Shown: piece after piece, positions 12,101-22,747 of the stretch
Position numbering within the stretch: position 1 is the stretch's first letter
How the letters are laid out: each line of letters begins with the position of its first letter
DNA from: Macrostomum lignano
Taxonomy: Eukaryota
Direction: 5' to 3'
Assembly: GCA_002269645.1 (NCBI GenBank)
Contig: NIVC01000151.1
Location: forward strand, 248,001 to 312,000
Length of the DNA stretch: 64,000 bases
The notes under the pieces: generated by a model
What the model saw: the letters and a program-made list of their open reading frames with translations, nothing else
Databases searched by the model: none
Told to the model about the DNA's origin: nothing
Translations under genes and position numbers: made by a program

Positions 12101-13535
12101 GTTTGAGTTCAACTTCCTGTAGGGTTTGAGCTCAGCTTCTTGTAGGGTTTGAGCTCAGCTTCCTGTAGGGTTTGAGCTCAGCTTCCTGTAGGGTTTGAGT
12201 TCAGTTTCTTGTTGGGTTCGAGTTCAACTTTCCTGTAGGGTTTGAGCTCAGCTTCCTGTAGGGTTTGAGCTCAGTTTCCTGTAGGGTTTGAGCTCAGCTT
12301 CTTGTAGGGTTTGAGCTCAGTTTCCTGTAGGGTTTGAGCTCGGTTTCCTGTGTTTGAGCTCAGCTTCCTGTAGGGTTTGAGCTCAGCTTCTTGTAGGGTT
12401 TGAGCTCAGTTTCCTGTAGGGTTTGAGCTCAGTTTCCTGTAGGGTTTGAGCTCAGCTTCCTGTAGGGTTTGAGCTCAGTTTCTTGTAGGGTTTGAGCTCA
12501 GCTTCCTGTAGGGTTTGAGCTCAGCTTCCTGTAGGGTTTGAGTTCAGTTTCTTGTTGGGTTCGAGTTCAACTTTCCTGTAGGGTTTGAGCTCAGCTTCCT
12601 GTAGGGTTTGAGCTCAGTTTCCTGTAGGGTTTTAGCTCAGCTTCCTGTAGGGTTTGAGTTCAACTTCCTGTAGGGTTTGAGCTCAGCTTCTTGTAGGGTT
12701 TGAGCTCAGCTTCCTGTAGGGTTTGAGCTCAGCTTCCTGTAGGGTTTGAGTTCAGTTTCTTGTTGGGTTCGAGTTCAACTTTCCTGTAGGGTTTGAGCTC
12801 AGCTTCCTGTAGGGTTTGAGCTCAGTTTCCTGTAGGGTTTGAGCTCAGCTTCTTGTAGGGTTTGAGCTCAGTTTCCTGTAGGGTTTGAGCTCGGTTTCCT
12901 GTGTTTGAGCTCAGCTTCCTGTAGGGTTTGAGCTCAGCTTCTTGTAGGGTTTGAGCTCAGTTTCCTGTAGGGTTTGAGCTCAGTTTCCTGTAGGGTTTGA
13001 GCTCAGCTTCCTGTAGGGTTTGAGCTCAGTTTCCTGTAGGGTTTGAGTTCAACTTTCCTGTAGGGTTTGAGCTCAGCTTCTTGTAGGGTTTGAGCTCAGT
13101 TTCCTGTAGGGTTTGAGCTCGGCTTCCTGTGTTTGAGCTCAGCTTCCTGTAGGGTTTGAGCTCAGGTTCCTGTAGGGTTTGAGTTCAGCTTCCTGTAGGG
13201 TTTGAGCTCAGCTTCTTGTATGGTTTGAGCTCAGCTTCCTGTAGGGTTTGAGCTCAGTTTCCTGTAGGGTTTGAGCTCAGTTTCCTGTAGGGTTTGAGCT
13301 CAGTTTCCTGTAGGGTTTGAGTTCAGTTTCCTGTAGGGTTTGAGCTCAATTTCCTGTAGGGTTTGAGCTCAGTTTCCTGTAGGGTTTGAGCTCAGTTTCC
13401 TGTAGGGTTTGAGCTCAATTTCCTGTAGGGTTTGAGTTCAGCTTCCTGTAGGGTTTGAGCTCAGTTTCCTGTAGGGTTTGAGTTCAGTTTCCTGTAGGTT
13501 TTGAGCTCAGCTTCCTGTAGGGTTTGAGCTCAACT
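9150..13535. repeat. About 4.4 kb satellite array of 23-bp units with higher-order structure
   Basis: Unit CTCAGCTTCCTGTAGGGTTTGAG. Diagnostic variants recur at an offset of about 1.91 kb (9481/11393, 10191/12106). Confidence 0.95.
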
Positions 13536-13899
13536 TCCTCCTCTCAGTTTTCGCCCCATGCAAATGACCCTCCTGCTGTCGGAATCGCACAGTCTGCAAC
13601 TGAATCCCGACCAGGGAGGCAAACAATGGCTCCGAGCGCCTGCGAGTTTGCATAGCGACTGCAACAGCTGCAGAAAAGCTGCCATGATAATTGAGAGACG
13701 GAAATGCGCAGCCCGGGCGCTGGCTGGACGCAGGATGTCTCAAGGCTGAGGACGCCTCTTTGAAGTCAGAGGCTAATGAGCGAAGGAGCGCGAGCCCACG
13801 GCCACCTGGACTCGTCAGGTTCCTATTTTTAGGAATTAATAAAGGCATTGAAAGCATTTGCGACCGCCAGCTGTTGGAAAATCCGACAGGGTCTTGCTA

Positions 13900-14763
13900 A
13901 TCCTTAAATGCAGGAAATATTTTTGGGAATACAAGATGGCCAAAAATTCTCAGTAATTGCAAAATTTCTCGATGCTTTCTGTACAGCGCGGCTTCTCGTG
14001 CTGAGGAGAAACTGTTTACCTGATCTGTGCTGTCTTCAACTTGCCTGCCAGTAGTCAGTGCCAGCCTTGATCCCAGTATTGAGCATTTCTTGAGCAGCAA
14101 GCTCTTCACTCTGTGCATACGAGATAAGGCAGGCAGGTATAGAATATATTGACGTCTGCAAACAATGCACAGCACAAGGGCTTTATATAATTTTTAGCAT
14201 ATCAGTTAGTTTTCTGGATCTCTTGGCTGCCTCCTTCAGTTCCTCTTGGCGCTGTCTCTTCACGAGTATTCTTTTAGCTGATGGCATTTTAGTGATTTTG
14301 GTTGCAGCGCCAGCAGCGGTTTGAGTCTTGGGATTGTGGCAGACTTGGAATGTCGATCGGAGACGCCAAAGTAAAAGGGCAAACACTAAAAGCTTAGGCA
14401 CATTAATAAATAAAAGCTGTAGTGGAATGGGATTGAGAACAACATGAACTATATTGTATGTCCACATACCCCATTGAGGGTGACGGGGCCTATACATTCA
14501 AGCGGTGATGGGGGGCAGAGACAGAAAGGAAGGAAGGCTTGTCGCTTGAGGAAGGGCTCACAAGTTATGTGCATACCCCTACCCACTGGCCACTGTACAT
14601 TCTTAGCTCGTACATGTACATTGCCTCAGCTGTGGTGCCCCCTCGCTCCAGCTTGTAGCCTTAGCTCCCAGACTCAGAAAAGCAAAAGCTCAAAACCCCA
14701 ACATGCTATCATGCTAAAAGGTGGGGCTCCAGCCCCCCCCCCCCCCCGATTCCGACACCCCCG
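13900..14763 (-). mobile_element. Possible hAT-type transposon relic (5' end)
   Basis: The minus strand begins CGGGGGTGTCGGAATCGGGGGG..GCTGGAGCCCCACC, resembling hAT/MITE termini. It is followed by MPSAKRILVKRQRQEELKEAAKRSRKLTDML, similar to the basic N-termini of hAT transposases. No partner TIR, TSD or catalytic core was seen. Confidence 0.3.
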
Positions 14764-15129
14764 GTGCTAGGTGACTGTAAAGCCGCCTGTGTCCTGGCAA
14801 TTTAAAGAGCACTGCTGAGCATGACTAATCAGATAAGAGTTCAATTCAAAAGCACTGCTGAGCATGACTAATCAGATAAGAGTTCAATTCAGTTTAGCTC
14901 AGTTTAACAATCAAGCGAGCACTTGCGTTATATTTGTAAGATTAAAATATTTACTGTTGCGTTCGCATCTTGGCTCCATTCTGCTTTTGGAAGCAAAAGC
15001 CACAACGACAACTTGGACGCTCAATAGCGGATCATCCCAGAGACTTTGGGGAGTTTGCGCGTCCTCAGATGTCCATCATCAACTTGCTTAGGTTACACAG
15101 TGATGGCGCAACTGCCCGCTCGGCACCTG

Positions 15130-15714
15130 TCAATCTTCGTCGGCGGACTTTCCAGCAGTCTCGACGTCGGTGCCGGTCATTCCGGCGGCCGACGAAGATT
15201 TCCGACTCGGTGCCATCAGGCTGGCCGCGGTGCCCGCGCAGGCCAGGAGACAGCCGGCGGCCACGAGGCCTACGGACAGCACGCGCCCGCGCACAGGCAG
15301 CTGCGGAGTCAAGCCCAGCTGTTGGATAGCAAAACAGCCGAAGCCAAGCATCAGGAGGCCGACGCCGATGCACAGAATGGCGATCGGGAAGTACTCGCAG
15401 TACGGGCCCCAGCGCCAGCTTCCGATGCCGGAAGATGTCGCTGCAGACGGTTGTGGCGACTTTGACTGCTGCGGCGAATTTGCAGTTTGAAGCAGACACA
15501 GGCGTTCGGCTTTGATCCCACTGCTGACCCCATCGCACGCACCAGAGCCACCAGCTTCCTTTGCAGCCCTGGCTTCATAGAACTGCTGCAGGTAGGACCT
15601 CACTTTGATTGGTTTTCTTCCGCCTTTCCTGAAATTTTTGTCAAACAATAGAAGCATTAAAAGCATCCGAAGAATTTGTTAGATGAATAATCGAAACAGT
15701 CAGACTTACGGCAT
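15130..15714 (-). CDS. NRSN1: Neurensin-like small membrane protein
   Basis: ATG CC at 15714-15710, GTAAGT..TTTCAG intron 15709-15629 (phase 2), exon 15628-15130. Protein MPKGGRKPIKVRSYLQQFYE.. carries the neurensin hallmark VRSYLxQFY, followed by two hydrophobic segments. Confidence 0.7.
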
Positions 15715-16350
15715 GCCAGCCCTGGGAATAAAGCTCTGTGGATTAGAAACCGAAGCCAGACTCGGGCGCAGCGAGGTTCTCAGCTGCCACGGTATTTCAG
15801 CCGCTCAATCGGACAGGAAATCTTCGGATTCGGACATTTCTGCTGAGCGCTTCTGTGGCCAATCAAAGCCGAGTGGCATCTGGTCCGCGATTTTCAGCGC
15901 CCATAAATCGCAGATGGGCGCTGACTGGGAAAGCAGAAACATGCTGACAGGCTCCGAAAAAAAGACTGCAAGACCCATTTGATTTCAGAGGTTCAGCTGA
16001 TCTTATCGCTTCTGACCTATAAAAAGTTTAGACTGATCGTGCACGAAGTCAATTATTCGCGTGAGTTGACCTCGGGGGGGGGGGGGGGCAGGAGGCTTCT
16101 GTCGAACTGCAATGGGATACGCAGCAGACTCTCCTGCGCTCTCGCCGGCTTATCGAAAATCCCAGTCCAGACTGAGTGACATCCGTCAAAGTGACATGAA
16201 ATCCGAGCTGCTGCAGTCGCCAATCAAAGTGTCTCGGCTGCACAGGTCGCTGGCCCGATAGTATTAATGCGCCTCTCCGACAGGCACTGACGTTTTCCTT
16301 GTCGTTTTAGCTCGAATTCGACACATTTTTAGACTTCTTCCTCTGTTGGG

Positions 16351-19300
16351 ATGAAGTCGACTTTGGTTTGCAGGCTCGGCTTCGCGCTTCTGTGCTTCGC
16401 CTGTCCGCTGCAGTGCGCGCTGCCTCAGAAACTCTGTGAGCCTCTGTTACCTGCTCCTGCTTCTGGCACTGGCTGTTGCTGCCTCTGGCACTGGCTGCTC
16501 CTGCTTCTGGCACTGGCTGTTCCTGCCTCTGGCACTGGCTGCTCCTGCCTCTGGCACTGGCTGCTCCTGCCTCTGGCACTGGCTGCTCCTGCTTCTGGCA
16601 CTGGCTGTTGCTGCCTCTGGCACTGGCTGTTGCTGCCTCTGGCACTGGCTGTTGCTGCCTCTGGCACTGGCTGCTCCTGCCTCTGGCACTGGCTGTTGCT
16701 GCCTCTGGCACTGGCTGCTCCTGCCTCTGGCACTGGCTGTTGCTGCCTCTGGCACTGGCTGTTGCTGCCTTTGGCACTGGCTGCTCCTGCCTCTGGCACT
16801 GGCTGTTGCTGCCTCTGGCACTGGCTGTTGCTGCCTCTGGCACTGGCTGTTGCTGCCTCTGGCACTGGCTGCTCCTGCCTCGGATTATACTGTTCTTGAT
16901 TCTATTAATATCTACCTATCAATGCTCCTGGCAATTGCTGCTGATGCTAAAAGAATCTGACTGAATGTAAAGGCTTTTGTGGCATCAATAGATTTCTCTG
17001 TGAGACCTGAGAGCTCAATAAGTTCACCTTCCGCCCATCAACTCCAGGCTACTCAGGTCGCATCTCCGCGGCCGTCCTCGCTCCGGCCATCATCGGTGAC
17101 CCAAGTCCGGTGCCGAAGCTGCCGGTCACGGAGTACAGCAGCGAGCACCACTGCCTGTTCCAGCTCCACGCGCGGATCTTCCTCACCTGGCGCCAGGCCG
17201 CCGAGTTCTGCGCCCTGTTCAACGCCACGCTGCCGGTGCTGCGCACCCAGTTCGCCTGGCAGACTCTGCGCAGCTACGCCCAGAACCATCGCATCTGGGT
17301 TGGCGTGGTGCGCGCTGAAGGTGCGGTGCGCGAGGGCTCTCAGAGTGCCAGTGATTTTCACTCTGCTAGGCTGCAAAAAACGGTTTTCAGGTTCGCAACC
17401 ACTCTCCTATTCACTCGAACCCCTGACCAACCAAACCTTAACTCTGACCCCGTCTCACAAACCTAGATCGGGATCCTTTGATTCTCTCCCTGTTTCACCC
17501 CTGACCCACCAACCTCACCCTGACCCATCAATCTCACCCCTGACCCACCAACGTCATCCTTGACCTATCAACCTCACCCTTGACCCATCAACCTCACCTC
17601 TGACCCACCAACCTCACCCCTGACCCACTTAACTTTTCCTTTATTCACTTGCTTGACTCTTGCCTTGAACCCACCGGTCCTGAAACCAGAATAAGTCTCG
17701 CTACTGACCCGCCCCTAACCCACCCTTCAACGTCCTCATCAAGAAACCACTGTCCAGTTCAGGCCCCCGTCAGACCCTAGCCTGGCTCGAGTCTGTCAGA
17801 CCCGAGCCTGGACGCTGTCTGACCCGAGCCTGGGCGCTGTCTGACCCTTGATCTCTGTCTGACCCGAGCCCGGCCTCTGTCTGACCCGAGCCTGGCCTCT
17901 GTCTGACCCGAGCCTGGCTGCTGTCAGACCCGAGCCTGGCCGCTGTCAGACCCGAGCCTGGGCGCTGTCTGACCCGAGCCTGGGCGCTGTCTGACCCTCG
18001 ATCTCTGTCTGACCCGAGCCTGGCCTCTGTCTGACCCGAGCCTGGCCGCTGTCAGACCCGAGCCTGGGCGCTGTCTGACCCGAGCCTGGGCGCTGTCAGA
18101 CCCGAGCCTGGCCGCTGTCTGACCCGAGCCTGGGCGCTGTCTGACCCGAGCCTGACCTCTGTCTGACCCGAGCCTGGCCTCTGTCTGACCCGAGCCTGAC
18201 CTCTGTCTGACCCGAGCCTGGCAGCTGTCTGACCCGAGCCTGGCCTCTGTCTGACCCGAGCCTGACCTCTGTCTGACCCGAGCCTGGCAGCTGTCTGACC
18301 CGAGCCTGGCCTCTGTCTGACCCGAGCCTGACCTCTGTCTGACCCGAGCCTGGCAGCTGTCTGACCCAGCCCCTCAGTTTCACCCGTCAACGCCGATCCC
18401 GCAGCAGCTGGTGACCAGGACCTGTGGCGCTGGTACACCGACGGGCCCGAAGAGCCGCCGCTGAGCACCAGCGATTTCAGCCGGACCGACAACCGGACCG
18501 GCGTCGAGTGGAGCCGCTCCGAGCCCAGCAACGCCCACTGCGGCGAGGCCTGCGGAGTGGTGAACTACGATGGCAACCTGGCGGACTACGCCTGCGCCAC
18601 TGTGCCGCCCTGGGACCCTTGCGGCGACGAGTCGCACGTGGTGCGCACCGTGTGCCAGCGCTCCGGGCTGCCAGGTCTGCCATCTGGGGCGATGGGGAAC
18701 TCATGGAATTGCTAATTGCTTATGGAGCATTTTGAAAGGTTAAATAGACACTTATGGTTGCAATTCGGGATCAGGGATGGCAATTCGGGATCAGGGATGG
18801 CAATTCGGGATCAGGGATGGCAATTCGGGATCAGGGATGGCAATTCGGGATCAGGGATGGCAATTCGGGATCAGGGATGGCAATTCGGGATCAGGGATGG
18901 CAATTCGGGATCAGGGATGGCAATTAGGGATCAGGGATGGCAATTAGGGATCAGGGATGGCAATTCGGGATCAGGGATGGCAATTAGGGATAAGGGATGG
19001 CAATTAGGGATCAGGGATGGCAATTCGGGATCAGGGATGGCAATTCGGGATCAGATTCGGGATCTGAGATTACTATGCGATTCGGGATCTGAGATTACTA
19101 TGCGATTCGGGATCTGAGATTACTATGCGATTCGGGATCAGAGATTACTATGCGATTCGGGATCTGAGATTACTATGCGATTCGGGATCTGAGATTACTA
19201 TGCGATTCGGGATCTGAGATTACTATGCGATTCGGGATCAGAGATTACTATGCGATTCGGGATCTGAGATTACGATTCGGGATCTGAGATTACGATTCGG

Positions 19301-20767
19301 GATCTGAGATTATGATTCGGGATCAGAGATTACTATGCGATTCGGGATCAGAGATTACTATGCGATTCGGGATCTGAGATTATGATTCGGGATCAGAGAT
19401 TACTATGCGATTCGGGATCAGAGATTACTATGCGATTCGGGATCTGAGATTATGATTCGGGATCTGAGATTATGATTCGGGATCTGAGATTATGATTCGG
19501 GATCTGAGATTACGATTCGGGATCTGAGATTACGATTCGGGATCTGAGATTATGATTCGGGACCTGAGATTACTATATGATTCGGGATCTGAGATTATGA
19601 TTCGGGACCTGAGATTACTATACGATTCGGGATCTGAGATTATGATTCGGGATCTGAGATTATGATTCGGGATCTGAGATTATGATTCGGGATCTGAGAT
19701 TATGGTTCGGGATCTGAGATTATGATTCGGGATCTGAGATTATGATTCGGGATCTGAGATTACTATATGATTCGGGATCTGAGATTACGATTCGGGATCA
19801 GAGATTATGATTCGGGATCTGAGATTATGATTCGGGATCTGAGATTACTATGCGATTCGGGATCTGAGATTACTATGCGATTCGGGATCAGAGATTACTG
19901 TACGATTCGGGATCTGAGATTATGACTCGGGATCTGAGATTATGATTCGGGATCTGAGATTATGATTCGGGATCTGAGATTATGATTCGGGATCTGGGAT
20001 TATGATTCGGGATCTGAGATTATGATTCGGGATCTGAGATTATGATTCGGGATCTGAGATTATGATTCGGGATCTGAGATTATGATTCGGGATGTTTGCA
20101 TTGATTTTCCATACATGAATTTCAGTTTGCCGGTACCAGCGAGAGCCGCCTGTTGTTCCTACTCAGAGGGATTTCTATATAATCATAGCCGGCACTTTTG
20201 CAGGAAAGAAAAATTTACAATCTACTCGTACTCTGCATGTTGCAATTCAGACAGTTATGAGCCTGGACCCAATCCACTTCCCCTGACCAACATCTCCGCC
20301 CTCACCCTCAACCGGAATCCTTGCATTCGGGTTCCCGCACTCCCCGAGAATTATGAGCTGCATGTACATCTTCATCTCGTATGGAAATTTTACGAGTACA
20401 TCCTTAATGTATGTGCCTACTTGTAAAATCGATTAGTAGCTCTAATCTGCTCCCAGGTGTCCTATACATGCATGTACATGCACATGATTTCTCAGTTTCC
20501 CATGAGTTTCTCTAGATCTTCTCAATCCAGATTTACTTGACTTAGAGAGAGTAGACTAGCTCTGTTGTATGTTCTGTGTACAATCTATACAGGTACACAT
20601 TTTTAATCAAGTTCCCACACTTAAGCATAAATATAAATTTAATCAAAGTTGCTTCATCAAAAATAATTTCAGGGCTTCTTAGCGGCACGGGCTTAATATT
20701 GTTTCTGCGCCTGATCGCGAAGGCAGTCAACAAGAAGACCCGGCAGGTGAAGCTGCCGGCTGCTTAA
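16351..20767 (+). CDS. C-type lectin domain protein, signal peptide plus probable C-terminal TM helix
   Basis: Exons 16351-16435 (MKSTLVCRLGFALLCFACPL signal peptide), 17057-17320 (LTWRQAAEFC..RIWVG) and 18378-18674 (WSRSEPSNAHCGEACGVV..LADYAC..VCQ), all phase 1. Probable further exons 20126-about 20203 and 20673-20767; the 3' structure is less certain. Confidence 0.75.
16445..16880. repeat. 22-bp minisatellite in lectin intron 1
   Basis: Unit CACTGGCTGTTGCTGCCTCTGG. Confidence 0.95.
17795..18368. repeat. 22-23-bp minisatellite in lectin intron 2
   Basis: Unit CTGACCCGAGCCTGGCCTCTGT, running up to the acceptor CCCTCAG at 18377. A looser CCCTGACCCACCAACCTCAC repeat lies at about 17495-17630. 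Confidence 0.95.
18760..20092. repeat. Compound minisatellite (20-, 25- and 20-bp sub-arrays) in lectin intron 3
   Basis: CAATTCGGGATCAGGGATGG, then GATTCGGGATCTGAGATTACTATGC, then GATTCGGGATCTGAGATTAT; all share the ATTCGGGATC core. Confidence 0.95.
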
Positions 20768-21609
20768 TTAAGTTTTTATAACGACCAGGATACCGTGATT
20801 AAAATAAAAAATAAAACTATAATTATAACCTTGAAATTTACAAATAGTTCAATGTTTTGAGTACAAATTCTCGAAACTAAACAGGTAAAAAATAAAAATG
20901 TGGTTGTATGAATCGATGACTTCATATTGTTTATCTAAACCAACGTTAAACACAGCAGGAAGCGCTGTAGCTGCGTTCCGTTGCATCACTATTCAACTTG
21001 AAAAAAAATAAATATGCATGCAAAATGTGAGACCGTGAAAGTTTATATACAGCAGTAAAACTGCAGCTTGGAAAAGATTTTGGTCAAGTTCCAGCTCGAT
21101 ACGAGCGCGCGTGTCTAACTGGTGCTCCGAGTCAGGAGCGATTTTCGATGTGCACCACTTGTTTTATTTGTTCCATATGCGTTCCTTGTAAATCAGGATG
21201 GTCTATGCTCAATCTGGAACAACGCCAACCTCTCGATCGGGGCGGTCAGCTAGTGGGGCTTCGGACTGCAGGACCGCCCTCAGCAAACAAAGGCAGCCTA
21301 AACAGTATGCGAATATTGATCATTATTTCACTACTAATGGGGTGAATCGGTGAAAGAAATGCGTGAACAGAATTGAAGGCGATGGACGATTGCATGATAG
21401 CAGGCCATCATGAGAGGCGCTTCAAAAGACTGTATGAAATTTCACAATGCCGAAAACTAAAAAATGCAGCATATTTATTGAATACGAATTTTGTTCGAGC
21501 ATGTTGGCATGTTGCTTGTCATGTCGGCGTATCGCTAGTAGAGTGAATTGATTAAACTGTAAGATCGCAGTTTTACACTTTCATAACACTAACCAAGGAC
21601 GACTTAAGT

Positions 21610-22747
21610 AGGACGGGAAACCTCGTTTCTTAGAAAATTTTAGAAGGCAGGTTTTCTAACGAGCGGGCTGGGGGTGGGTGCACGATACAAGCGTAATTTC
21701 AGGCTAGCATAATATATGGGCGGCTTTCCTATTGGCCGGCGCAAAAACCGACTTGAAAACAGAAATTATCGATCGCATTGCACATAGGCTTTACGAACGT
21801 CACGCAATGTTGTTTAAAATTCCTTGGACATTACTATAAGCAGACGTTAGAGTACGATCGAGACCATCAAATAAAGAATATTATAGAATGGCACTGCTTT
21901 CGCTAAAACGGTCCTTGTCGGGGCCACCTCAACTGACAACGTCACAGGAAGTTTTCATTTTTTTCAGCGCAAAAATTGTTATTGCTTTTGATAGGAGGCA
22001 GATCCAGTGTTCATCTTTTGATATGTGTTTATTGTGCCTTTCTTATTGCTCTATCGATATTCGTAAAGCTTTTCGTTCAAAAAATTAGCTAGGATTCTAT
22101 GTTAATTTTTATTCAACGTATTTTTGCTGTACCTAAAACTCATAAAATGCATAGCACAACTCCAATCTATGGTTTTATGAATCTATTTTATCATCTCTGT
22201 TACACATATTTGTTACACAGTCAGCTAAGAATGATAAAATAGAATCATAAAGCCAAAGAGCTGAGCCGTGCCCAGTGGCGTAGGGAGGGGGGGATCAGGG
22301 GGGATGTATCCCCCCCCGAAGAGCCTGACCAAAACTTTTTTGTTGCACTTTTTCGCTATACATGCTACCATGTGAGCACTTTTACCTTGGTGTATCCCCC
22401 CCGTAGGAAATTCACCTTGGTGTATCCCCCCCCCGTAGGAAATTCCTGGCTACGCCCCTGGCCGTGCCATTGTAATGGTTTTTAGGTACAAGACACGTGC
22501 AAATGTACGTAGAATAAAAAATTAACATAGAATCCTAATTTTTTGAACGAAAAGCTTTACGAATATCAATAGAGCAATAAGAAAGGCACAACATATCAAA
22601 AGATGAACTCTGGATCTGCCTCCTATCAAAAGCAATAACAATTTTTGTGCTGAAAAAATGAAAACTTCCTATCTCCGAAGTGTACGAAGTATTTTTTCGG
22701 GAAAACCTGCCTTCTAAAATTTTCTAAGAAACGAGGTTTCCCGTCCT
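21610..22747. mobile_element. Non-autonomous foldback/MITE-like element with long imperfect inverted arms
   Basis: AGGACGGGAAACCTCGTTTCTTAGAAAATTTTAGAAGGCAGGTTTTC at 21610 is inverted at about 22700-22747. An inner arm at about 21947-22128 is inverted at about 22499-22670. No clear TSD. Confidence 0.8.
22273..22460. mobile_element. hAT-family MITE nested in the foldback element
   Basis: TIRs CAGTGGCGTAG / CTACGCCCCTG with a perfect 8-bp TSD GCCGTGCC (22265-22272 and 22461-22468). Confidence 0.9.

Noticed and set aside
9150-13535. Telomere-like TAGGGTTT motif
   Set aside because: It is only part of a 23-bp monomer and never forms tandem telomeric repeats.
13540-13900. RNase H continuation of the LINE fragment after the satellite
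   Set aside because: No convincing catalytic motifs could be read in any frame.
14808-14891. 41-bp direct duplication
   Set aside because: A simple two-copy local duplication with no associated feature.
16307-16964. Cys/Trp-rich or Gln-rich repeat proteins
   Set aside because: Translations of the 22-bp array in lectin intron 1; only 16351-16435 is retained as an exon.
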